A DNA stretch of 64,000 bases from IMG/VR virus record IMGVR_UViG_3300009144_000037; one strand, given 5' to 3'. The notes beneath the pieces are model-generated. The model saw nothing but the letters and a program-made list of their open reading frames with translations. It did not search any database and was not told the origin of the DNA. Below, in pieces: positions 10,151 to 19,924 of the stretch. Source of the stretch: a virus. The position numbers were made by a program, and so were the translations under genes. Numbering within the stretch: position 1 is the first letter of the stretch; the number at the start of each line of letters is the position of its first letter.

Positions 10151-10355
10151 CCTCGGCATTCATCTTGTAGAGCAGATGCACGGTCTCCCGGACGCTCTCT
10201 GAGGTACAACCGAGAGCCGTCTCGATCAGAAACACGATCTCCTTCGTGACGCTCCGATGGTTCGCGACGGCGCGTGCCCGAAGAACAGCATCAAGATCGG
10301 GTTTGACCATGACAGTCAGAGGACGTTCGACGTTCGATTGGCTCTGCCTGGGCAT
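10116..10355 (-). CDS. Arc/Mnt-family ribbon-helix-helix protein, antisense to the tail operon
   Basis: MPRQSQ...PLTVMVKPDLDAVLRARAVANHRSVTKEIVFLIETAL matches the Arc pattern (beta strand, helix, RS..xEI); GGGAAG SD upstream. Confidence 0.8.
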   Translation of the reverse strand: MPRQSQSNVERPLTVMVKPDLDAVLRARAVANHRSVTKEIVFLIETALGCTSESVRETVHLLYKMNAEVTSEPVASPLA

Positions 10356-10368
10356 AGATCTTGATCTT

Positions 10369-10385
10369 CCCATAGATTTTAGGGG
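10369..10385. promoter_or_regulatory. Box B operator candidate CCCATA-N5-TAGGGG
   Basis: Same arms and spacing at 28910-28926; variant at 4043-4059. Confidence 0.65.
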
Positions 10386-10461
10386 CTCTGCTTTGGAAAA
10401 ATGGGGCTCAGAGCCAATATTGCAAGCGACAGTTTTCAGACCCTGAGACGGAGATTTCTCC

Positions 10462-11238
10462 ATGGTACCCGGCACCGCCCTCACGGGTCGCTTCCACTTT
10501 TCGACCGCCTCGCTGCTCATCGCGCCCATGGCGCAGCAGAAGGCGATGAACCCGCTCACGCACTCGGTCGGCCTGGTCAAGAACGTCCGCGTCGAGGCTA
10601 CGCCCTCGAAAGTGGACCTGACTCAGGGCATCATGAACGATGTTGTCGCGAGCGTGAACAACGGCATGCCGATCACGGGCTCCGGTGAGGTGTACGAGTA
10701 CACCTCCCGGAACCTCGCCTACGGCCTGTCGCAGGATCCGACCGGCCTCGTCGACATGGCTCCGCCCCAGGCGATCACCGCTGCGGTGGCCGCTGGTGCC
10801 ACGTCCTTCACGACCGCCGCCGCGAACACCTTCGCTGTCGGCGACTGGGGCTATATCCAGGAGGCCCTGGACGACCAGATCCACATCTTCAAGGTGTCGG
10901 CGATCTCGACCAACACCGTGACCTTCACCGGCTATCCGGTCCCCACCGGTCTGTCCTTTACCACCAACGCCCGGGTCGGCGAGTTCAATAAGATCGACGC
11001 CGACCCGGCCAAGGCGAACAACTACTTCGCCGTTCGTGTCGTCGGCATCGCCGTCGATCTCTCGACGCCCGTCGTGCTGCACTTCCCCAAGTGCCGGATC
11101 ACGAAGGGCTTCGCGATGGGCTTCAGCTCCGACAACTTCTCGAACCTCCCGTTCGAGTGGACGCCGCTGGTCCCCGTCGCGACCGACCCCGGTTACGATG
11201 CGGACTTCCGGCAGCGGATGCAGATCTTCAACCGGTAA
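10462..11238 (+). CDS. Major tail (tube) protein
   Basis: 258 aa, biased codons, followed by a terminator and the tail chaperones. Confidence 0.8.
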   Translation: MVPGTALTGRFHFSTASLLIAPMAQQKAMNPLTHSVGLVKNVRVEATPSKVDLTQGIMNDVVASVNNGMPITGSGEVYEYTSRNLAYGLSQDPTGLVDMAPPQAITAAVAAGATSFTTAAANTFAVGDWGYIQEALDDQIHIFKVSAISTNTVTFTGYPVPTGLSFTTNARVGEFNKIDADPAKANNYFAVRVVGIAVDLSTPVVLHFPKCRITKGFAMGFSSDNFSNLPFEWTPLVPVATDPGYDADFRQRMQIFNR

Positions 11239-11260
11239 GAACAAAATCGATCATGTCGAG

Positions 11261-11293
11261 AAAAGGCCCCGTGAAAACGGGGCCTTTTCTTTT
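11261..11293 (+). terminator. Intrinsic terminator after the major tail protein (possibly bidirectional)
   Basis: AAAAGGCCCCG-tgaaaa-CGGGGCCTTTT-CTTTT. Confidence 0.85.
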
Positions 11294-11341
11294 GACCACT
11301 CGCACCCACATTGGAGAAAGCCAGCAGATGAGGCCTTGATC

Positions 11342-11779
11342 GTGTCAGTATCAACTTCCGCGCCACCGCCTCGTCTGAAGATCAAGCTCGACCCAGACAA
11401 GGATGAGAGCCGCGAGCTGTTCATGAGCTTCGGGCTTCTGAACGAGATCAGTGCGCTCGTCGGAGGGGTGGAGGGCGTCCCGAACCTCTCGTTCGACCCA
11501 CAGACGGCGCTCACGGCGCTGGAGATCGTGCTCGCGCCGCGGGATGAGCGGGGCGCTGTACTGTCGGCCTCGGAGGCCGGATCGGACGCGATCTCGGTTC
11601 ATCACATCCAGCCCGAGGTCGCCGAGCAGATCCTGGACTGGATCGGGGCGCATGCGCTGGATTTTTTCGTCCGCCGGTTCGACAAGAGCGCGACTCTCCT
11701 GGCGAGCAACGCGGCGAAGCTACAGGCTGTCGCATCATCTCTGACTTCTTCGGGGAACTCAGCTGGGAAGACAGCCTGA
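11342..11779 (+). CDS. Tail assembly chaperone (gpG-like)
   Basis: Between MTP and TMP; GTG 11342 after GAGG. Confidence 0.75.
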   Translation: MSVSTSAPPPRLKIKLDPDKDESRELFMSFGLLNEISALVGGVEGVPNLSFDPQTALTALEIVLAPRDERGAVLSASEAGSDAISVHHIQPEVAEQILDWIGAHALDFFVRRFDKSATLLASNAAKLQAVASSLTSSGNSAGKTA

Positions 11780-12018
11780 TCCTCGCTTTCAGATGTCACC
11801 CGAGCGACCTGACCAAACTGTACTGGTCAAAGACACTCGATGATCTTCGTCGTGTGTCCGGTTTGTTCATCCGGTTCGAGATGGTCAAGGCCATGTCCAC
11901 GACTGAGAGCTTGCTCTTCGTCGTGGGCCGCATGTTCAGCGGCTCCAAGTCCGAGCCCAAGCAGCTGGAGAGCGTGGACGACATGATGGCGTTCGCGCGC
12001 ATGGTCAATGGCGGGTGA
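11342..12018 (+). CDS. Tail assembly chaperone -1 frameshift product (gpGT-like)
   Basis: In-frame slippery heptamer T TTT TTC at 11662-11668; the -1 frame stays open to TGA 12016-12018 (...LSWEDSLILAFRCHPSDLTKLYWSKTLDDL...). Confidence 0.75.
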
Positions 12019-15000
12019 AGACCATCTGAATGTCGACCTCGACGTCGGCTCGAACGAGCTGGAGGCCTCTCTCCGGCGCACCTTCGAGGCGATGACGGCT
12101 GGTCTGCGCGCCGCGGAGGCGATGCGGACCACGATGGAGAAGGCCGTCAAGGCCTCGGCCGACTACAAGGACAACCTCGTCGCAGCGCAGAAGGCCGCCG
12201 AGAAGGCGGCGCCCGGGTCGGCCGCGGAGACCCGCGCCTTCGGCCGGATCGAGAAGCTCAACGCCGAGCAGGCCAAGTACAACGACAGCCTCGCGAAGGA
12301 GGTTCAGCTTCAGCGGGAGCTGAGCGTAGCCCGCGGCGCCGTGGATCGGGTCCGTTCCGAGGGCCGGGTCGCCGATGGCCGCACGGTCGGGCAGGCTCGT
12401 GCTGCCGAGAACGCTCTGAAGGATGCCCTCACCGGCATCAATACCACCACCGATCAGCTCACCGCGCGGCTCGCCCTGGCGACAGGCAAGGCGATGGAGC
12501 GCCTGCTGACGTCGACCAGCCAGGCCGTCGAGGGTGCCCTGGTCGCGGCCCAGCAGCGGGTCCAGATCCGAGCTGTCCGGCAGGCCGTGCCTGGTTCGGC
12601 CGACGCGGCTATCGCTGATGCGCGCATCTCTACGGAGCGCGCCGTCCGGCGGCTGGGCGAAGGCAGCACGCTCGCAGAGCGCGACGCCTTCGCTGATCGG
12701 CAGGCCATCGCTCGTGTCCAGGCCCTGCGGGAGCGGGCGACGGCCGAGGCCGAGAACAAGGACCGTGACGCCACCGATCGGCTGCGCGCGCGCCGGGAGC
12801 GTGAGACCGCGGAAGCCGAGAACAAAGAGGTGGATCGGATCCGCCGGCTGCAGGCTGTGCGCGAGCGCGCCAACGCCGAGACCGAGAACAAGGATCGTGA
12901 CCGCCGGCTGACAGGGGAGACCGCTCTTCGGCAGGTCTCGCGCGATACCGCTTTCGTGAACCGCTACGGGGTCGAGCGGGGCGAGTTCCAGCGCATGATC
13001 GCGCAGGAGAACCTGTCGATCAATGACCAGAAGGCGTTGCTGCGCACCTGGGCGTCCGAGCGTCGCGCGGCGGTAGGCGCCGCGACACCGAAGACGGACG
13101 AGCAGCTTCAGTTCGGCGCCCGGGAGGGCTTCCGGGCGCGTCGAGCTGCCTTCGATCTGGACGGTGGGGCTCAGCAGTTCGCGTTCCAGGCGCAGCTCGC
13201 CGCGAACTACGCGACCTTCGGCCTGCTGACGAGCGCGATCACTGGGGCGATGGCAGCGCTCGTCGCCTTCGACGAGAACCTGGTCAAGTTCCAAGCGATC
13301 ACCGGCGCGGCCAACTCGGAGATGGCTGGCTTCCGCGCCAACCTCCTCGAGGTGGCCGCGACCAGCAAGTTCTCGGTCAACGATCTCACGCAGGTCGCCA
13401 TCTCCCTCGGCCAGACCGGTCTTGCCGCCAGCGAGGTCACGAAGGCGCTCAAACCCGTCGTGGATCTCGCGGCTGCGTCGGGCTCGACCCTGCAGGAGAG
13501 CGTGTCCGCCATCACTGGCGTGCTCGGTGCCTACAACATGGAGGCCGGGCGCGCGGCCGAGGTCGCCGACGTCTTCGTCGCTGCGCTGAACCGCACCAAG
13601 CTGACGATGGACCAGCTCCAGCTGGGCATCCAGTACGCCGCGAACATCGCGCGCGACAGCGACGTGAGCTTCACGGAGCTGACCGCCTCGATCGGCGCCA
13701 TTGCCCAGGCCGGCGTGAAGTCGGGGTCGACGATCGGCACCGGCATGCGCCAGCTCATCACGGAACTAGCCGCACCGTCCGACAAGCTGCGGAGCGTCCT
13801 GAAGGAGGTCGGGATCGACCTCGCGGATGTCGACCTACGGACCCAGGGCTTCTCCGGCGTCCTCCAGAACCTGCAGAAGGCCGGTTTCGGCACCGCCGAG
13901 GCGCTTCGCTCCATGGATCTGCGCGCCGCGGCGGCCTTCTCGGCTCTCGTCGGGCAGGCCGACAAGCTCAGCACCCTCCAGAAGGAGTTTCTGCTCACCT
14001 CCGCAGCGACGGAAGGGGCGGCCAAGGCCAACGAGAGCCTGTCGTCCGCCGGCCAGCGTCTCACGAACATCGTGTTCGGTCTCGTGGACACCGCCTTTGC
14101 CCCGCTGGTGAAGGTCCTGACCGCGGCGGCCGGCGGCACCGGCACGATGCTGGAGAAGCTGAACCAGCTCGGCCCGATCCTGCCTGTGATCGCCGCTGGC
14201 TTCGGCTCCATCGCCACAGCCATCGCCGCCGTGAAGATCGGCCAGCTCGTGGCCGGCTTTACCTCTATGCTCGGGGCGGGCGGTGCTCTGGCGCTGCTCT
14301 CTGGGCCGGTCGGCCTGGCGGCCGGTGCGGTGGCGGGCGCCGGTGGGCTGATCTACTACCTCACCACGCTCCAGTCGGAGGCCGAGAAGGCGCAGGTCGC
14401 CCTCGACATCCTGAAGCGGTCCGAGAACGAGCTGACGTCCCGGCAGTCGACGCTCCAGCAGCGCTCGACCGACCTGGACCGCACGATCCAGACCCTGATC
14501 GACCGCCGGGAGAAGCTCAACAGCGATCCGCTGATGCGTGAGACGGCGGTGATCGAGGCCCAGAAGGCGTTCGGGGACATCGGTCTTGCCGCCGACCCGG
14601 CCCGTACCTCGGTCGACGAGCTGATCAAGAGCCTGCAGGGGTTGCGCGTCGAGCTGAACACGCAGCTCCCCACTCTGCTGTCCGAGCAGATCTCGGTCCT
14701 GAGCAAGAAGATCGAGGAGCTGAACCGACTTCAGGCCGCTCGCGCCCGGGGATCGCAGGTCACGGTCGGGACAGCCTCCGGCGACGTGGCTGGGATGGGC
14801 GCCCTCATCGACGTCGATCCGCTGGCCGACATCCAGCGGCTCGACCGGAACGGCCCGGGTATCTACTCGACCATGGCTCAGGTCATCCGTGACCCGCGCC
14901 TCCTCGGCGAGAACCCGCTCGGCGGCGCGGCCCCCTACCGAACGGCCGCGCTCCGTGAGGTCGATGAGCTGCGGACCCAGGCCACGCGTGCGCTCATCGC

Positions 15001-18000
15001 CGGATACAAGTCAGGGGCCGACCGTCTGGATGCCCGGGTCAAGGCGGTCGAGGCGGCGCTCGCTCGTTTCAACGAGGTCGTGGCGACGGCGACCGACATC
15101 CAGGCTACCGAGCAGCAGCGCCGGACGGCGCAAGCCGCCGAACGCGCGGCCAGCCTGCAGGATACCTCAGAGTTCGCCGCGGTCCGCTCGGCCCGCGACC
15201 GCCTCTCGGGCCAGCAGCTCGCTGGCGTCACCGAGGCCAGCCGTCGCGCCGGCTTCGGTGGCCTCCAGGACATGCGCGCCGCCGCCCGCGTCGTCTCGGG
15301 AGAGGCGCAGGGCGTCTTGGACCAGATCAAGGTCCTGAAGGACGCCATCGTCGCTCGTGGAGGCAGCGACGAGGAGCGCGAGCAACTCCGCAAGGCGGCC
15401 GACGATGCCTATCGCGAGGTCACCACGGGGCTCGAGGCCATCGTCCGTGGGCAGAGCAAGGAGGTGCGGGATCGCTTCTCGGCGAGCGCGCCGGAGCAGA
15501 AGGCCGTCCTGAACGCGCGCATCCGCTCGGACGAGGCGCAGCTCGCGCTCATCCAGCGTCAGACTGCAGCGTCCGGCGACCCCACCCGGGTGGCCGGCTT
15601 TCGCGCGATGGCCGAGCAGATCCAGCGCGAGATCAATGCGGCCCGCGAGCAGATCTTCCAGATCGAGCAGGGCAACACGCCCGAGGAGATCGTCAACAAG
15701 AACCCCGAGCTACGCGCCCGGCGTGACGAGATCCAGCGTGAGGGCAAGGCGAAGCTCGACCAGCTGACGGTCACCTACGGCGAGATCCACAAGCGGCTCC
15801 AGGACCAGATCCTCAACTACAAGATCGAGGGCGAGCAGGACCGGAAGAGCCTGATCGAGAACCAGATCAAGGGCTTGGAGAAGGTTCGGGACGACGTTCG
15901 CTCGACCCCAGAGCAGATGCGCGCGGCCGTGCAGGAGATCAACCGTCTCCTCGGCGAGGTCGCTGCGATCGGCAAAAGCATCAACGCTCTCCAGGTTCAG
16001 AAGGGCGACATCCGCATCCCGGACGTCGTCCCCGGCACGACCTATCGGGGCGGCTCGACCCAGCAGCGGATCGTCGACACCCTCCGGGGGCAGGGCGTCA
16101 GCGAGGAGCGCATCCGCTATGCCCTAGCGAATGGGCAGATCGAGACCGGCGGCTATGATCCTCGGGTGATCTCGGGCGAGCGCCGCTCATCGGCCGGCGC
16201 CACCGGGCTCTTCCAGTTCCTGCCCTCGACCTGGGAGCGTATGTACGGCACCCGCAATGTGGATGTCGGCTTCGAGGCGCAGATGCGCGCCTTCCAGGAG
16301 TTCACTCAGCGCAACGCCGGGACCTTCCGCTCGAACATGGGCAGGGAGGCGACGAACGAGGAGCTCTACCTCATGCATCAGCAGGGCGCCGGCGGCGCCC
16401 TGAGCCTGCTGCGCGGCGGCGATCGGTTGGCCACGGACATCCGTGGGCTCGATGCCGTCCGGGGGAACATGGGCAAGGACTTCCGCTCCGACATCACCGC
16501 GGAAGAGTTCGTCCAGTACATCCTGCGCAAGTACCGAAACGCCGAGACCACTGTCGGGAACCCCTCCCCCACGAGCCGGGCGACGGAGACTGCCCGCCGG
16601 CAGCAGACGGCCGATGACCGGACCGCGGAGGACTTCGAGAACCGCCGGCAGGCCAACGCGCGCGCCGAGGAGAAGGCGAACCGCGAGCGCATGCTGGCGG
16701 ACCTGCGCAAGCAGGATCGGGCGCTGAGCGAGCAGTACGACACCCAGCTGACCCTGGCGAAGCGGGTCCAGGATCCCGCCCGTGTCATCGACGCGAACCG
16801 CGACGCCTTCACGACCCTGGGCCAGCTCTTTCAGAATGCCCGCCAGCGCGACGAGAACCAGCCGGATCGCGGCAGCGACGAGGACCGCGAGACGGCTCGT
16901 GCCGCGACGCGCCGACGCTTCGCCGACCTCTACTCCCAGCAGGGCCTGAACCAGGCCGAGACCGCCGGCAAGGCGAGCTTGAAGGAGATCACGGACCGGC
17001 TCGAGCAGCTCATCGCTGCTCGCAAGGAGTTCGAGCGCCCCGAGAACATCGCTCGTGCCGGTAACACGGAGCGCATCAACCAGCTCAACGACGAGATCAA
17101 CACCCTCCAGAAGCGCAAGGAGCTGGAGGGCGAGTACGCCGCCAACCAGGCCAAGATCATCGCGCTTGAGGAGACCCTCAAGCAAATGAAGGCGGTCGGC
17201 CTTGACACCGATCGCGACACCCTCGCGATCCGGGAGCGCCTGCGCGACGTCACCGAGCAGCAGAAGCGGCTCGAGCCCACCAACAACCTCGCTCGTCAGC
17301 AGGCGCGCACCGAGCGCACGCTCGGCGAGGCGGGCACCGGCGCCGTCGACTCCTTCATGAAGAGCCGTGGGATCGTCGATTTTCAGGGTCGGCTCGTCGA
17401 CCCTATGGTCGAGGCTCAGAAGCGCATCGAAGAGAGCCTGACGGTCATCGGCAACTCCTTCGACAACCTCTGGACGAACCTGTTCAACGGATCGATGAAG
17501 GCCGGCGATGCGCTGAAGAAGTTTGCGACCGACATTCTCGGCGGCCTGATGTCGTCGATCTCGAAGAGCCTGACGAACAGCATCTTCCGCTCGATTTTCG
17601 GCGGCGAGGGGTTGAGCGGAGGCAGCGGCGGCAGCATCACGAGCTTCTTCTCGTCGCTCTTCGGAGGCACCCAGGCCGCCGCCCTCGGTGGCGTGATCCG
17701 GCGCGCCGGCGGCGGCACGGTGCCGGTCTCCGACGCCGCGCTGGCGAACCGAGACAGCAAGATGGTCTACGCCATGCCCGGCGAGTTCATGCTGCGGAAG
17801 TCGGCGGTCGACGCGATCGGCCGCGACAAACTCGAGCAGATGAATGCCCTGGGCAACACCATGGTGAGCCGGGCGCCGCCGATCGACACCTCAAGGCGCC
17901 TGGGCGGCGCCTCGGCGAGCGCCAATGTCTACGTCGTTCCCCCCGAGCAGGTCCCGCCGCCGAGCGAGAAGGACATCGTCCACATGGTCGGCAACAACAT

Positions 18001-18055
18001 CCGCAAGGGCGGGGCTCTGAAGGAGCTGGTCAAGAGCGTGGCCACGCGAGGCTGA
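12008..18055 (+). CDS. Tape measure protein with an internal lytic transglycosylase-like domain
   Basis: 2015 aa, helical; TP901-type core (~13200-14100); SLT-like motifs QIETGG...ATGLFQF...LYLMHQQGAGG at ~16100-16530. Confidence 0.92.
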   Translation: MAGEDHLNVDLDVGSNELEASLRRTFEAMTAGLRAAEAMRTTMEKAVKASADYKDNLVAAQKAAEKAAPGSAAETRAFGRIEKLNAEQAKYNDSLAKEVQLQRELSVARGAVDRVRSEGRVADGRTVGQARAAENALKDALTGINTTTDQLTARLALATGKAMERLLTSTSQAVEGALVAAQQRVQIRAVRQAVPGSADAAIADARISTERAVRRLGEGSTLAERDAFADRQAIARVQALRERATAEAENKDRDATDRLRARRERETAEAENKEVDRIRRLQAVRERANAETENKDRDRRLTGETALRQVSRDTAFVNRYGVERGEFQRMIAQENLSINDQKALLRTWASERRAAVGAATPKTDEQLQFGAREGFRARRAAFDLDGGAQQFAFQAQLAANYATFGLLTSAITGAMAALVAFDENLVKFQAITGAANSEMAGFRANLLEVAATSKFSVNDLTQVAISLGQTGLAASEVTKALKPVVDLAAASGSTLQESVSAITGVLGAYNMEAGRAAEVADVFVAALNRTKLTMDQLQLGIQYAANIARDSDVSFTELTASIGAIAQAGVKSGSTIGTGMRQLITELAAPSDKLRSVLKEVGIDLADVDLRTQGFSGVLQNLQKAGFGTAEALRSMDLRAAAAFSALVGQADKLSTLQKEFLLTSAATEGAAKANESLSSAGQRLTNIVFGLVDTAFAPLVKVLTAAAGGTGTMLEKLNQLGPILPVIAAGFGSIATAIAAVKIGQLVAGFTSMLGAGGALALLSGPVGLAAGAVAGAGGLIYYLTTLQSEAEKAQVALDILKRSENELTSRQSTLQQRSTDLDRTIQTLIDRREKLNSDPLMRETAVIEAQKAFGDIGLAADPARTSVDELIKSLQGLRVELNTQLPTLLSEQISVLSKKIEELNRLQAARARGSQVTVGTASGDVAGMGALIDVDPLADIQRLDRNGPGIYSTMAQVIRDPRLLGENPLGGAAPYRTAALREVDELRTQATRALIAGYKSGADRLDARVKAVEAALARFNEVVATATDIQATEQQRRTAQAAERAASLQDTSEFAAVRSARDRLSGQQLAGVTEASRRAGFGGLQDMRAAARVVSGEAQGVLDQIKVLKDAIVARGGSDEEREQLRKAADDAYREVTTGLEAIVRGQSKEVRDRFSASAPEQKAVLNARIRSDEAQLALIQRQTAASGDPTRVAGFRAMAEQIQREINAAREQIFQIEQGNTPEEIVNKNPELRARRDEIQREGKAKLDQLTVTYGEIHKRLQDQILNYKIEGEQDRKSLIENQIKGLEKVRDDVRSTPEQMRAAVQEINRLLGEVAAIGKSINALQVQKGDIRIPDVVPGTTYRGGSTQQRIVDTLRGQGVSEERIRYALANGQIETGGYDPRVISGERRSSAGATGLFQFLPSTWERMYGTRNVDVGFEAQMRAFQEFTQRNAGTFRSNMGREATNEELYLMHQQGAGGALSLLRGGDRLATDIRGLDAVRGNMGKDFRSDITAEEFVQYILRKYRNAETTVGNPSPTSRATETARRQQTADDRTAEDFENRRQANARAEEKANRERMLADLRKQDRALSEQYDTQLTLAKRVQDPARVIDANRDAFTTLGQLFQNARQRDENQPDRGSDEDRETARAATRRRFADLYSQQGLNQAETAGKASLKEITDRLEQLIAARKEFERPENIARAGNTERINQLNDEINTLQKRKELEGEYAANQAKIIALEETLKQMKAVGLDTDRDTLAIRERLRDVTEQQKRLEPTNNLARQQARTERTLGEAGTGAVDSFMKSRGIVDFQGRLVDPMVEAQKRIEESLTVIGNSFDNLWTNLFNGSMKAGDALKKFATDILGGLMSSISKSLTNSIFRSIFGGEGLSGGSGGSITSFFSSLFGGTQAAALGGVIRRAGGGTVPVSDAALANRDSKMVYAMPGEFMLRKSAVDAIGRDKLEQMNALGNTMVSRAPPIDTSRRLGGASASANVYVVPPEQVPPPSEKDIVHMVGNNIRKGGALKELVKSVATRG

Positions 18056-18056
18056 A

Positions 18057-18497
18057 ATGGCTGTCTCCGACATTTTCGACTTCCCCTACCACACCCCCAA
18101 CGACGAGTACCCGGGTAGCTCGTCGTTGAAGCTCGGGCGCGGCTACCGCTTCGCGGCGAAGCCCCCTGGACCGGACGAGGTCCTCGTTCACCTGAACTTT
18201 CCCAGCATGTTCGTGTGGCAGCTCAATGCCGGCGATGGTCCCAACAAGACCGTCTTCCCACAGCTCAACATCTATGCCCTGGAGACCTTCTACAAGAAGG
18301 TGAGGATGTACGAGCCGTTCACCTATCCCCACGCCACGAAGGGGAACGTCATCGTTCGGTTCACGAAGCCACTGATCATGCCGAAGACCATCAAGACGTC
18401 GCCGGGAGAGATTGGCGGCATGACCGTCGCCGGCACCTCTTACCGCCTGCACCAAGTCGAACCCTTCGATCTCGAGCTGATGTACTTGGACGCCTGA
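18057..18497 (+). CDS. Distal tail protein, lambda gpM-like
   Basis: Position after TMP; size; FY......EPFTY motif. Confidence 0.6.
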   Translation: MAVSDIFDFPYHTPNDEYPGSSSLKLGRGYRFAAKPPGPDEVLVHLNFPSMFVWQLNAGDGPNKTVFPQLNIYALETFYKKVRMYEPFTYPHATKGNVIVRFTKPLIMPKTIKTSPGEIGGMTVAGTSYRLHQVEPFDLELMYLDA

Positions 18498-18498
18498 C

Positions 18499-19008
18499 AT
18501 GCCCGTTCCCAGCTCCCATGTCGACGAGGGCCTCAAGCTCACAGCGGACGGCGAGGTCGTCTTCTTCGAGATCGCCCTCAAGAACGTGCCGAACGGCGCG
18601 ACGGCGGTGATCCGCTTTCGCGATGGACCGCAGGGACAGACGACGACCTGGAACGGGAAGGTGTGGGACCACCTGCCCTGCCAGATGTCGGGCTTCACCC
18701 GCTCGTCCGAGGAAGAGCGTAATCGACCGACCCTTCAGCTCGTCAACCCGCTGGGCATCTTCAACGACGCTGCCTTCGCCGGCCGCTTCGATAGCGCGAT
18801 CCTGCAGAAGTTTACGGTCCTGCGCGATCACGTCGAGCGAGGGCTTCCGATCGCCAACAACGAGATCTGGTTCATCGGCCGCGTCATGGACCTCATCTCC
18901 GGGCAGTCGATCAGCTTCGAGCTGCGTGCCCTCTCGGATGTCCCTGACCAGCTCATCCCGGCCCGCATGTTCACGCCCGGCGACGGCTTCCCGTTCGTGA
19001 CCCTGTGA
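18499..19008 (+). CDS. Minor tail protein, lambda gpL-like
   Basis: Synteny; W.G..W...P..MSGF..S and RPTL...N motifs. Confidence 0.7.
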   Translation: MPVPSSHVDEGLKLTADGEVVFFEIALKNVPNGATAVIRFRDGPQGQTTTWNGKVWDHLPCQMSGFTRSSEEERNRPTLQLVNPLGIFNDAAFAGRFDSAILQKFTVLRDHVERGLPIANNEIWFIGRVMDLISGQSISFELRALSDVPDQLIPARMFTPGDGFPFVTL

Positions 19009-19011
19009 AGC

Positions 19012-19026
19012 GGTACGTTTCGTACC
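19012..19026. promoter_or_regulatory. Box A GGTACG-TTT-CGTACC, 12 nt before the NlpC ATG
   Basis: Perfect palindrome. Confidence 0.8.
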
Positions 19027-19038
19027 TACATCCCTGCC

Positions 19039-19551
19039 ATGATCAAGACGGATGGTCTTCTCGGGCTCGAGTTCGAGCACGGCGTCAACGACTGCTACTC
19101 GCTGATGCGCCGCTTCTACGCAATGAACTTCGGCATCGACGTGCCTGACCTCGCCCGGCCGGACAGCTGGTGGGACAAGGACGCGCACGGCAAGAGCCTC
19201 AATCTCTATCTCGACCACTACGCCTGGGCCGGCTTCGGCCTTGTCCATGGCCGCCCGCAGGACTGGCTCCCCGGCGACGTGATCCTGATGGCCATCCGGT
19301 CCGAGGTGGCGAACCATGGCGCCATCCTACTGCCGCGCGGCCAGATCCTCCATCACTTCCTGGGTGCGCTCTCGCAGATCGAGCCGTACAGCCGGCCGCT
19401 GTGGCGAGACACGACGGTTGCTGTCCTGCGGCACCCGCAGGTCGACGGCACCAAGTTCCTGCAGGAGACCGAGATCGACGCCATGGAACTGGTCCCTCAG
19501 CGGATCCGGGACATGATCGAGGACGCGAGACAGGGGACTCTCGATGTCTGA
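19039..19551 (+). CDS. NlpC/P60 tail tip assembly protein (gpK C-terminal half)
   Basis: G..DCYSL, PGDVIL, NHGAI.L..GQILHH catalytic motifs. Confidence 0.85.
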   Translation: MIKTDGLLGLEFEHGVNDCYSLMRRFYAMNFGIDVPDLARPDSWWDKDAHGKSLNLYLDHYAWAGFGLVHGRPQDWLPGDVILMAIRSEVANHGAILLPRGQILHHFLGALSQIEPYSRPLWRDTTVAVLRHPQVDGTKFLQETEIDAMELVPQRIRDMIEDARQGTLDV

Positions 19552-19924
19552 CCTGATCGCGGACCTTCTCGTGCTCTACGAGGACGATCTACTGGCCCCG
19601 GAGCGCTGCGGCTTCGTCGTGGACGACAAGATCGTCGAGGTGAAGAACATGTGCCACGAGCCGGCCGATGGTTTCGACATCTCCGGCGAAGATCTTATGA
19701 AGTACGAAGATGTTGTGACTGCATCCTGGCACACCCATACCGGGACAGACTGTAATCTCACCCGGGATGATCTTGTCTCATTCTTGAATTACCCCCACCT
19801 GCAGCACTATATCGTCGGCTCGGACGGCGTTGCTTGCTACGTCGTAGAGCAAGGGCGAGTGCTTCGTGCTGCGACGTATCCACCTTCACGGCGCGCTGAA
19901 GAGCATTCATCCGGGGATCCTTGA
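19544..19924 (+). CDS. JAB/MPN metalloprotease-domain protein (gpK N-terminal half)
   Basis: ERCGFV ... WHTHT ... T..D JAMM motif. Confidence 0.8.
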   Translation: MSDLIADLLVLYEDDLLAPERCGFVVDDKIVEVKNMCHEPADGFDISGEDLMKYEDVVTASWHTHTGTDCNLTRDDLVSFLNYPHLQHYIVGSDGVACYVVEQGRVLRAATYPPSRRAEEHSSGDP

